NCBI GenBank assembly: GCA_003599755.1
Contig: QZJO01000009.1
Span: 150,362-214,361 of the forward strand
Reading direction: 5' to 3'
Source of the DNA: Candidatus Parcubacteria bacterium
GTDB lineage: Bacteria > Patescibacteriota > Minisyncoccia > Sungbacterales > SURF-37
DNA: 64,000 nt
Below are positions 27,174 through 35,180 of the stretch, in pieces. Every line of letters starts with the position of its first letter. The stretch's first letter is position 1. The translations under genes were made by a program, and so were the position numbers. Under the pieces are notes generated by a model. The model was given only the letters and a program-made list of their open reading frames with translations. It did no database searches and was not told the origin of the DNA.

Positions 27174-28379
27174 TCACTTTTCTGAGCGGCGGTAATAAAG
27201 TTCCTCCAGTACCCGGGCAATGCGCTTGATATCTTGATTCTTGATAGCCGGATGGCAGCCGATGAGCAGCGCCCGGTTATGTAAAAAATCCGCTACCGGG
27301 AATGCATCGGGCTTTGGCGTATCCTGACCGAGAAATGCATACTGCCGAAGTAAATTGCCGCCCATGAAGCGCCGCGTTTCCACACCTACCCGCTCCAGTG
27401 CCGCGGCTACATCGGCCGCATCGCGGCAGCCGGGCGGCAACTGGCGGAGCGTCACCTGTAGCGCGTAATACGTATTGAATGAGCTCTTTGGCTCTTCTGG
27501 CAAAAATAATTTCTCATCCCGGATTAGCTTCCCGAACGCTCGCCAGTACGCCGCGACGATCGCGCGCCGCTTCCGGTTCATAGCCGGAAGTTTTTCGAGC
27601 TGCACCATGCCGATCGCCGCATGCAGATCCGTCATGCGCAGATTATAGCCGAGCCGATCGAACGCATAGCGCACATCATAGCGCGAGCCGGACGCGAGCT
27701 TCACAAACCGCTCGTTCGTGATGCGGCGGCCGAATTCGCGGATGGAACGGCAGAGATCCGCGAGCTTCGCGTCATCGGTCGCGATCATGCCGCCTTCGCC
27801 CGCGGTCATATTGTGCGCGACATAAAACGATGTCGTCGAAGCATCGCCGAAGCCACCGACGATCGTCTTCCCGACTTTCGCGCCGTGTGATTCGCAGCCG
27901 TCTTCCAAGATGCGGATACGATGGCGGCGCGCCCAGCGCACGATCTTGGGCGCATCGAGACACGGTACGCCGAGCGAATGTACGAGCACAATACCGCGCA
28001 GTCGCTTCGCGCCCGCAGCGGCGTGTTCAAGCGCTTCAAGCGTCATATTCCCCCGCTCATCTACGTCCACCCAGAGCGGCCGGAGACCGGCTTGCAGCAC
28101 CGGCATGACCGCGGTCGCGAATGTCAGCGCGGGTACGGCAACAAAATCGCCATCCTTCCAGCCATAGCGTTCTTTCACCGCAAGAAGCGCGATGAGATTC
28201 GCAGAAGAGCCGGAATTCGCGGCAATCGCCGTGCGCCGGCCGACTGCGCGCGCCCATGCGTCTTCGAACGCGCGAACGAACGGCCCCTGGCTCAATCGAC
28301 CCTGCTTAAGAACGTGCATCACCGCCGCAATTTCGCGTCGATCCGTGATCGGCCAGCCAATGGATACTCGCGTAGACAT
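27174..28379 (-). CDS. DegT/DnrJ/EryC1/StrS family PLP/PMP enzyme; His replaces the Schiff-base Lys (ColD/E1-like sugar 3-dehydratase signature)
   Basis: AIAANSGSSANLIALLA and TSFYVAHNMTAGEGGMIA; aligns to family motif sFhptKnlt-GEGG with H189 at the K position. Confidence 0.7.
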   Translation of the reverse strand: MSTRVSIGWPITDRREIAAVMHVLKQGRLSQGPFVRAFEDAWARAVGRRTAIAANSGSSANLIALLAVKERYGWKDGDFVAVPALTFATAVMPVLQAGLRPLWVDVDERGNMTLEALEHAAAGAKRLRGIVLVHSLGVPCLDAPKIVRWARRHRIRILEDGCESHGAKVGKTIVGGFGDASTTSFYVAHNMTAGEGGMIATDDAKLADLCRSIREFGRRITNERFVKLASGSRYDVRYAFDRLGYNLRMTDLHAAIGMVQLEKLPAMNRKRRAIVAAYWRAFGKLIRDEKLFLPEEPKSSFNTYYALQVTLRQLPPGCRDAADVAAALERVGVETRRFMGGNLLRQYAFLGQDTPKPDAFPVADFLHNRALLIGCHPAIKNQDIKRIARVLEELYYRRSEK

Positions 28380-28388
28380 ACCTATCGA

Positions 28389-29432
28389 TCATTCGGTCTT
28401 ATTTGGATGATCCTTGTACCACTCGTACGTCCGTCGCAATCCTTCCTCGAACGGAATTTCCGGCCTCCAGCCGGCCAGACGCTCCAGTTTCGTAATGTCG
28501 GGCAGCCGTCGCTTTACGCTGCCGGCCGGTGCGGGCTTACGAACCAATTCGCGCGGCGTCCAACCCGCAATTGCGAACAGCGCATCGGCAAGTGCGGCAA
28601 CACTTACCTCATTACGGTCACCGATATGCACGGTCTCGATGGGCTGGCCGTCGGTGGCCGAAGATTCCATGAGCATGCGCATAGCGCGGACCGCATCCTC
28701 GATATAGCAGAACGAGCGCGTCTCGTCCGCACCCATGAGCGCGAACGGATCCTCTCGGCTCGCGATCCGAAGCGAGAGCTGCGGAATCACGTGCTCGTAG
28801 CCCGCGCGCGGACCATAGAAATTATGCGGCCGTACGACCAGGCCGCGCAATCCGTACTTGGTCGCGTAATGAATCATGATCTGCTCGCCGATAAGCTTCG
28901 TGCCTGCATACGACCAGCGGGGGTTATACGGATCTTCGATCACGAGCGGCACGGCTTCGGGCGTAGGGAACGGCAGCGCGCCGAACGCGTGCAGCCCGCC
29001 GGCATACGCCTCGTTCGACGACGTAAAGCATATCTTGGCGCCGGGATTTTGGGCGCGCATCCAATCAAGGACAAAGAAAAGCGAAAGAATATTGATGCGC
29101 AGCACTTCATGCGGCATTTCGTAAAAGTTCTTCGTTCCATTGATCGCTGCAAGATGATAGATATGCGTAAAACCGGTACCGAGTTCTCCGTACGCAGCCG
29201 CGTTGGTCAAGTCAAGCGCCATAAAACGCACGCGCGGATTGGCGATGAGTTTATCGAACGCATCATCCATCCGACCGCGCTGCAAATTATCGGCGCTCAC
29301 GAGGTCGGCCTTGGTGGCGGTAAGCAAATGCCGCGCGAGGTGATAGCCGATGAACCCTGCACCTCCGGTGATGAGAATTTTTTCAGGCGCTGCCATGCGA
29401 TTCATCATGCCAAGCCGGGGCTGAAACGACAA
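28389..29432 (-). CDS. NAD-dependent nucleotide-sugar epimerase/dehydratase (extended SDR)
   Basis: ILITGGAGFIGYHLARHL, YAGTK active-site motif; start ambiguous among several N-terminal ATGs. Confidence 0.75.
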   Translation of the reverse strand: MSFQPRLGMMNRMAAPEKILITGGAGFIGYHLARHLLTATKADLVSADNLQRGRMDDAFDKLIANPRVRFMALDLTNAAAYGELGTGFTHIYHLAAINGTKNFYEMPHEVLRINILSLFFVLDWMRAQNPGAKICFTSSNEAYAGGLHAFGALPFPTPEAVPLVIEDPYNPRWSYAGTKLIGEQIMIHYATKYGLRGLVVRPHNFYGPRAGYEHVIPQLSLRIASREDPFALMGADETRSFCYIEDAVRAMRMLMESSATDGQPIETVHIGDRNEVSVAALADALFAIAGWTPRELVRKPAPAGSVKRRLPDITKLERLAGWRPEIPFEEGLRRTYEWYKDHPNKTE

Positions 29433-30728
29433 TCACGCCCGCGCGGCCCTATTTGAGTGACGGGGCCAAAAATTCCAAATGTCGATGAAACGTTTTGCCG
29501 GATAGCGCCTTGGGTCAATTGCGGCGTATGCCTTGTGCGGCGCGGCAAGGATTACGATATCCGATTCCGCAAGCACGGTCCGGACCGGATGAAACGCCGG
29601 ATCTTTGATGTATTCATCGGTGCAGAGAACTCGCTTGGCCTCGGCCTCGGCTATTTTTTTAAGCTTATACGACAACGAATCGCGCGGATCATCGCTTTCA
29701 CCCTTGAAGGCCATACCCAGGATTCCGACGGTCTTGGTTTTGAGCCAGCCGGGAGCTGCGGCTTCGGCGCCAATAAGCTCACGCAACGGATTTTCGTTCG
29801 CAAACCGTACCGTCGGCACCGCGGCCGGCGACGCGCCGTGGCGGAGCTTCTTCACGATGAAATTCGGCATGCCTTCATTGACAAGCATCGCCGCATGCCC
29901 GAGAAAAAAATTGTTCGAATGATACGCCGCAAGTTGCATCGTGTCCTTCAAGAGGCACGGCCCTGCCGCGAACCCCGGCGATGGCAGATCGCGATTGCGT
30001 GGATAGTCCTCGCGCATCGCTTGGTAAATACGGTGGTAGTCCAGGCCATGATCGGCCGCGATCATGAAGAATTGATTGCCGACCGCGAATTTGATATAGC
30101 GCCAGGCATTCGAGAATAGCTTCGCAAGCTCCGCCTCCACCGGCTGGGCGGTCGCCACGGTCTTGGGAGCTATGTTCCGAAAGAGCTTCGATACTTTCCC
30201 CAGCGTCTGCGGATCGAATGCCGAAACGATTTGGGGCAGTGTCATCAATTCGGCAAGCGCATTGCCCTCTACGATCCGTTCGGGACAAAACGCCACGTTA
30301 ACCCGCTTACTCCGTTCACGAAAATACCGCTGAATGCGCTCGGACGTGCCCGGATATACGGTGCTGCGTAAAATAAGCACCTGGCCGTTTTTGAAATACG
30401 GTAGGTAAGCATCAATAACCCGCGTGATCGCGTGAATGCTCGGATTTAAATATTCATCAACCGGCGTACCCACCACGAGCAACACGAACGCGCTTCGTCC
30501 AATGACGTCCGGAGTATGCGCGGTCGCGAGCTTGCGCTTCTCCAGCGCGCGGCGCAGTTCGCGGTCGCCGTCTTTTTCTTTAAACGGAAAACGGCCCCCG
30601 GCAATCACCTCCAGTGCCTCGCGGTTCGTATCGAACAGCACGGTCGAGACGCCGGCGTTAGCCATCGCCACCCCGAGCGGCAGGCCGACGTGTCCCGCGC
30701 CGCCGACAATGCAAAGGTCGTATTTCAT
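29433..30728 (-). CDS. UDP-glucose/GDP-mannose dehydrogenase family (nucleotide-sugar 6-dehydrogenase; WecC/WbpA-like)
   Basis: CIVGGAGHVGLPLGVAMA, GFAAGPCLLKD catalytic Cys motif, C-terminal UDP-binding domain. Confidence 0.8.
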   Translation of the reverse strand: MKYDLCIVGGAGHVGLPLGVAMANAGVSTVLFDTNREALEVIAGGRFPFKEKDGDRELRRALEKRKLATAHTPDVIGRSAFVLLVVGTPVDEYLNPSIHAITRVIDAYLPYFKNGQVLILRSTVYPGTSERIQRYFRERSKRVNVAFCPERIVEGNALAELMTLPQIVSAFDPQTLGKVSKLFRNIAPKTVATAQPVEAELAKLFSNAWRYIKFAVGNQFFMIAADHGLDYHRIYQAMREDYPRNRDLPSPGFAAGPCLLKDTMQLAAYHSNNFFLGHAAMLVNEGMPNFIVKKLRHGASPAAVPTVRFANENPLRELIGAEAAAPGWLKTKTVGILGMAFKGESDDPRDSLSYKLKKIAEAEAKRVLCTDEYIKDPAFHPVRTVLAESDIVILAAPHKAYAAIDPRRYPAKRFIDIWNFWPRHSNRAARA

Positions 30729-30850
30729 TACCTCCGATCTATACCATAGAATACTCGCCTCATGCGACCTCGGTTTTCAAAAGAAGATCGGCCGGTACAC
30801 GCGGTACGCCGGCTGCATAAGGCCAAAACGCCTCCTCCTTGAGAAAGGCG

Positions 30851-31561
30851 TTATGAAGGCGTTTTGACCAAAAAATATTTCCCGTAGCGCGAATCTGCTT
30901 GCGGCCGCCAGGGCGTATTCGCAAAAAATTCGTCAATCGCTTTTTTGGCACCAGGACATTTCACAGCTTCGTTGCCGCGCGCATATTCATCGAATAATAT
31001 GATTCCTCCTGGCGCAACATGCGGGAATAATTGGTCGAGACAGAGTTTATATGCCGCGTATAAATTTACGTCTAGATGCAGATATGCGATCGGGCCCATT
31101 TCCTCGATAACCGATGCCAGCACGTCTTCGAAAAATCCCGGTACGATGCGGACGCGCGCGTCATAGTACTCAGCCGGCACGCCGGCGCGCAAGAGAATCG
31201 GCCGCACTTCGTCGGCACGAATAATTTTCCACTGACCCTTTTTCCGATTGCGCGGACTCTCATCCTCTGGAGACACCTCCGGATATCCCTCGAACGAATC
31301 AAATCCCCAAATCACCTCCGGCCGTTGGTGCGCGAGCGCCAAGAGCGTAATCATCTGGAAACTCTTGGCCTTGCCCACACCCATCTCGACGATCGCGCCG
31401 GGCACGTTCTCGATTCGTTCGAACATACGATGGAAATACAAAAGCCGATCGACGTTCCCCCGAGTAAACGGGAGATTATATCGGGCATCGTGCGGCTCAG
31501 CCTTTCGCATTTCATAATGAAAGGGGTGCAGGATGCGATTGACCGATGACTTGATCGTCAT
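30851..31561 (-). CDS. TylF/MycF-family (macrocin O-methyltransferase-like) sugar O-methyltransferase
   Basis: GAIVEMGVGKAKS and IAYLHLDVNLYAAYKLCLDQLFPHVAPGGIILFDEY match PF05711 signatures. Confidence 0.75.
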   Translation of the reverse strand: MTIKSSVNRILHPFHYEMRKAEPHDARYNLPFTRGNVDRLLYFHRMFERIENVPGAIVEMGVGKAKSFQMITLLALAHQRPEVIWGFDSFEGYPEVSPEDESPRNRKKGQWKIIRADEVRPILLRAGVPAEYYDARVRIVPGFFEDVLASVIEEMGPIAYLHLDVNLYAAYKLCLDQLFPHVAPGGIILFDEYARGNEAVKCPGAKKAIDEFFANTPWRPQADSRYGKYFLVKTPS

Positions 31562-31685
31562 TGCAAGATTAACGATACCACTTCGGCTCGCGCTGAGCGA
31601 AATCGTTGGCTAGAGCATAATGCGCCTGTGGCGACAGGGTAACGAAATCGAAATTCGGCGGCAATCGACATATGCGCTGAATCGC

Positions 31686-32570
31686 TCACGCTACTGCATA
31701 GCGCACTCGCGGATCTAAGTCCGCCGGCGCACGCGCCGAAGGCGCATACTGCGTGGCGCGAGCGGAACCCGGCGTCGTAAAGACGCTCGTATACATCACG
31801 CGCTCTTTGGCCGTCGCATATCCGCCGCGGTGGATGCCGCTCGTATCGCAGAAAACCAGTGAGCCGGCGTTGCCCGTTGCGATGAAAATATCTTCGGGCG
31901 GAATCGTCCGCTCGATGAATGCCGGATCGGGATGGCGACTCCTTTGCTTGGGCGCGAACGGAAACAGATGCCGCCAGCGCCCGCCCTCTTGCGTGCCGCG
32001 AATATACGTAAACGGTCCCGCTGTCTCATCTACGTCCGATAAATAGAGAAACGTTTTCACCATGCGCCGATCGTCCGGATCGGCATGCCAGCGCTGGGAA
32101 GCATACGGATTCGTGCCAGTCGGCACGGGTACCGTTACGTGCAACCAAAATTCGCGAAACTTCGGCCACATGCCCAAATACGCGGAAACGACATTAAGCA
32201 TCGGATCGCTCAGTGATGTCCGCAACAGCGGATGATTGAAATCCAATATATGCGGTCCACCCCAGAGATCTACTAAAAAAGAGTCCTTCTTGCCATCGAT
32301 AGGGCTGTCGCGTACCGCGCGAATACGCTCGTCTATGCCAAGACGGATCCGTTGGTCGGCAACCCAGGCCCGCAGCGCCGGCTTCAGATCAGGCCCGAAA
32401 AGATCATCCAGATGCGTAAGCGCGACGCCGTCGCGCCGCAGCAGCTCGGCAAGGCGGGATTCCTCGGCAGTGACCGCCGGTCGCCGAAATGCATGCCGAA
32501 TAACCGCCGGCATAGTTTTAAGCCGCCACACCAGTCTGGATTGCCGCAATCGCGCGCCAATATCCGCCAT
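31686..32570 (-). CDS. Putative Fe(II)/2-oxoglutarate oxygenase, PhyH-like (weak)
   Basis: WHADPDD ... GIHRG pattern suggestive of an HxD...H facial triad; otherwise no strong motif. Confidence 0.35.
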   Translation of the reverse strand: MADIGARLRQSRLVWRLKTMPAVIRHAFRRPAVTAEESRLAELLRRDGVALTHLDDLFGPDLKPALRAWVADQRIRLGIDERIRAVRDSPIDGKKDSFLVDLWGGPHILDFNHPLLRTSLSDPMLNVVSAYLGMWPKFREFWLHVTVPVPTGTNPYASQRWHADPDDRRMVKTFLYLSDVDETAGPFTYIRGTQEGGRWRHLFPFAPKQRSRHPDPAFIERTIPPEDIFIATGNAGSLVFCDTSGIHRGGYATAKERVMYTSVFTTPGSARATQYAPSARAPADLDPRVRYAVA

Positions 32571-32579
32571 ATGTCATTA

Positions 32580-33719
32580 CTATACGGTCCCGCGCGCGCC
32601 CGCGCGAATCATCGTATCATAGAGCGTGCGATAGCGAGCGATCACGGGTTCCCAGCCCATTCTCGCTGCGAATCGGCGTGATCCGGCGGCAAGCTGGGCG
32701 CGGAGCCCAGGATCACCGATAATCCGCCGCATCGCCGCGGCTGCCGCATGCGGATCGCGCGGCGGCACGACAAGGGCATTCTCCCCTTCCGCGATCGCAT
32801 CATCCGCACCGCTGCCGCGACTTGCCACTACCGGTACGCCGGCAGCCGCTGCCTCGAGAAATGCAAGACCGAAACCCTCAATATCCTTGCGGTCGTCCAC
32901 CGGCAGCAACATGAAAAGCTCGGCGTTCGCATAAAGCGCTCTGAGCAACGGCCAGCGGATGCCCTTGAGGGTCACGACCGACTCGGTAATGCCAAGCGAC
33001 TCGGTCAATTGCGGCTTCGGGCCGATGCCGCAGATTACATAATGCATAGCAGGGATCTGCCGCTTTAAATCCGCGAACGCGGCGAACGAATACGCGAATC
33101 CCTTGCGCGGTTTCCATGCGCCAACCGAGAAGATGTACGGTCGTAGCGATGCGATGAGTCGGTGCTCGTCCGGGCTGAGCTCTTGGTCCGGATGGGCGAA
33201 CTCTTCGGCGTCGATGCCATGCCGAATAACTTCTATGTCAAGGTCCGGCGCCCGCCGGAGTATTTCATCGCGGGTATTCCGCGACACCGCCGAGAGTACC
33301 GCGGCGCGCCGATATGCCCAGACCACGAGCGGCGCATACCAACGGTACAGCGACTGCACCCCGCCCGTCCCAATCGCGGTAATCACGATTGGCTTGCCGA
33401 GACCCAAGCTGGCAAGCACGGCGACCACGCCATAGGGGTAGCCATCGAGCGCGTGAATAACATCGGCTCCGCGAAACGCCCTGCGGATGCGCGGCAATGC
33501 GAACAGCATGCGCCAGCCGCTTTCGGACACAATAGGTCGCTCCCCGGGGTAGCCGGATGCGACGGACGTCAGCACGGTAATCACAAGCGAGGGATCATAT
33601 TCGCGCATGCGCTCTACGAAAAGTCGGCCGAACCGCCCTGCGCCCGTCGTTGCTTTCATATCGTGGTTGAGCAGACAGAGATTCACCCGCCCAACTTTTT
33701 CTTTCACATGAGTTTCCAT
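32580..33719 (-). CDS. Glycosyltransferase family 4 (GT-B)
   Basis: C-terminal EGFGLAFLEAAAAGVPVV E-x7-E motif. Confidence 0.8.
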   Translation of the reverse strand: METHVKEKVGRVNLCLLNHDMKATTGAGRFGRLFVERMREYDPSLVITVLTSVASGYPGERPIVSESGWRMLFALPRIRRAFRGADVIHALDGYPYGVVAVLASLGLGKPIVITAIGTGGVQSLYRWYAPLVVWAYRRAAVLSAVSRNTRDEILRRAPDLDIEVIRHGIDAEEFAHPDQELSPDEHRLIASLRPYIFSVGAWKPRKGFAYSFAAFADLKRQIPAMHYVICGIGPKPQLTESLGITESVVTLKGIRWPLLRALYANAELFMLLPVDDRKDIEGFGLAFLEAAAAGVPVVASRGSGADDAIAEGENALVVPPRDPHAAAAAMRRIIGDPGLRAQLAAGSRRFAARMGWEPVIARYRTLYDTMIRAGARGTV

Positions 33720-33735
33720 GATTATACGGGCAGGT

Positions 33736-35139
33736 TCATGGCTGCGGGATACGCGGATTTGCCGGTCGACGAATCCACCAGCGCGGCTTCAATACCGAGG
33801 CGACAACGGCGCGGAAAAGATCGCGATCCTCCCGCGATACGGTAAAAAAATCACGGAATCGAACGGTCAATTCGGGATACCGGCGCCGAAGATAATACGT
33901 GTAAAGTCCCACGCGGCCACCATAATCCACGAGAAAGGTCAGCGCCATTGCATAGAGTTTTAAGAGGGGTAGAAGCGTGAATGCGATGACGGCATTAATC
34001 GCGATCTCCGACAAAAACCGCTTAGCCAGAAGCTCCTGCTCGCGCAGCGTTACCAGAAACGACTTCTGATATTTGTATACGGCGTAAAGCGGCAACGTGG
34101 TCAATAGCAGGAGAACCAGTGGCAGCGCCGGTTCATACTTGGGCATGGCGAAGTATATGATTGGCGGCGCGACCAGAGCCGCGCCGAGCGCCACTGCCGT
34201 GCCCACCCAGACGCCGTACTTTAGCATGCGCCGATAAATTATTGCCAAACGTCCGCGATCACCCGCTTCCCACGGCAGAAGAACACCGAGCATCGCCGTC
34301 GGCACGAAACCCTGGAAAATCGTCAAGAGATTGACCGCGAATGCATAGAGGCCGACCGCCTCCGTGTTCAGGAACACCCGCACATACCAAACATCGATCC
34401 CCTTTGCCGCCCGGGACACGGCATAGCGCGTAAGAACCCAGACGCCATACCGCCGAATCAATCCGGGCAAAATCCAGCCGGCGGAGGGCGCAATGCCGGT
34501 AAAGAGTTCGCGCCAGCGGCGGAAAAAATAAAATGACGTATATGCAAGCGTGACGCCTGAAGCAATGGCGCCCGCCCACAAAACCTCGCCCAGTGTCAAC
34601 CCGCCTTGCCACCATAATGCAACAAGAAGGCCCAGCCGCGTCGTCTCGGCGATGATCTCGGCGCCGAATGCCGCAAAAGAAACTGTTGCGCGAAAGAAAA
34701 GCACCTGCATCGTACGCAGTGCCGGGAACAGGACAAGAAAGCTTGCGATGCGAACGGAGCCGCCGATGTCCTGATCATAGTATCGGGCGATGAGTTCCGC
34801 GCCGAAAAACACAAGCGCCCATACCGCAAACGCGATAATCGTTTTGGCGCCGATATACTCTGCCGCAAGCCGCTTCGCGTCCTTCCGCTTACCCTCGGCA
34901 GTGGCGCGCGCAAGGTCGTTCGTGACCGCCTCATCAAACAAGCCGCTGGTAAGGTGCACGGCAACCGCAACGGCGGTAAGAATAAGCTGGTAGAGGCCGT
35001 AGAGATATACCGATACTGTCGCGAGAATAAAAAAAGAGCTCGCGATGCCGAGGCCACGGAGAATCAGATGAATAATTTGCCCGCGCGATTCGCCCCAGAG
35101 GAGCGTTTCGCGAAACGAATACGTTGGAGCTCGTGCCAT
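33736..35139 (-). CDS. Polysaccharide biosynthesis protein / Wzx-like flippase (MOP superfamily)
   Basis: ~12-14 predicted TM segments, 467 aa, no soluble domain; location within the glycan locus. Confidence 0.55.
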   Translation of the reverse strand: MARAPTYSFRETLLWGESRGQIIHLILRGLGIASSFFILATVSVYLYGLYQLILTAVAVAVHLTSGLFDEAVTNDLARATAEGKRKDAKRLAAEYIGAKTIIAFAVWALVFFGAELIARYYDQDIGGSVRIASFLVLFPALRTMQVLFFRATVSFAAFGAEIIAETTRLGLLVALWWQGGLTLGEVLWAGAIASGVTLAYTSFYFFRRWRELFTGIAPSAGWILPGLIRRYGVWVLTRYAVSRAAKGIDVWYVRVFLNTEAVGLYAFAVNLLTIFQGFVPTAMLGVLLPWEAGDRGRLAIIYRRMLKYGVWVGTAVALGAALVAPPIIYFAMPKYEPALPLVLLLLTTLPLYAVYKYQKSFLVTLREQELLAKRFLSEIAINAVIAFTLLPLLKLYAMALTFLVDYGGRVGLYTYYLRRRYPELTVRFRDFFTVSREDRDLFRAVVASVLKPRWWIRRPANPRIPQP

Positions 35140-35180
35140 ATCAGTACTACCGCTCCGAAGAGCGCTCCGTCAGCGCCGCG

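Noticed and set aside
27921-29456. 511-aa plus-strand ORF antisense to the DegT-family and epimerase genes
   Set aside because: Shadow ORF with R-rich, low-complexity translation.
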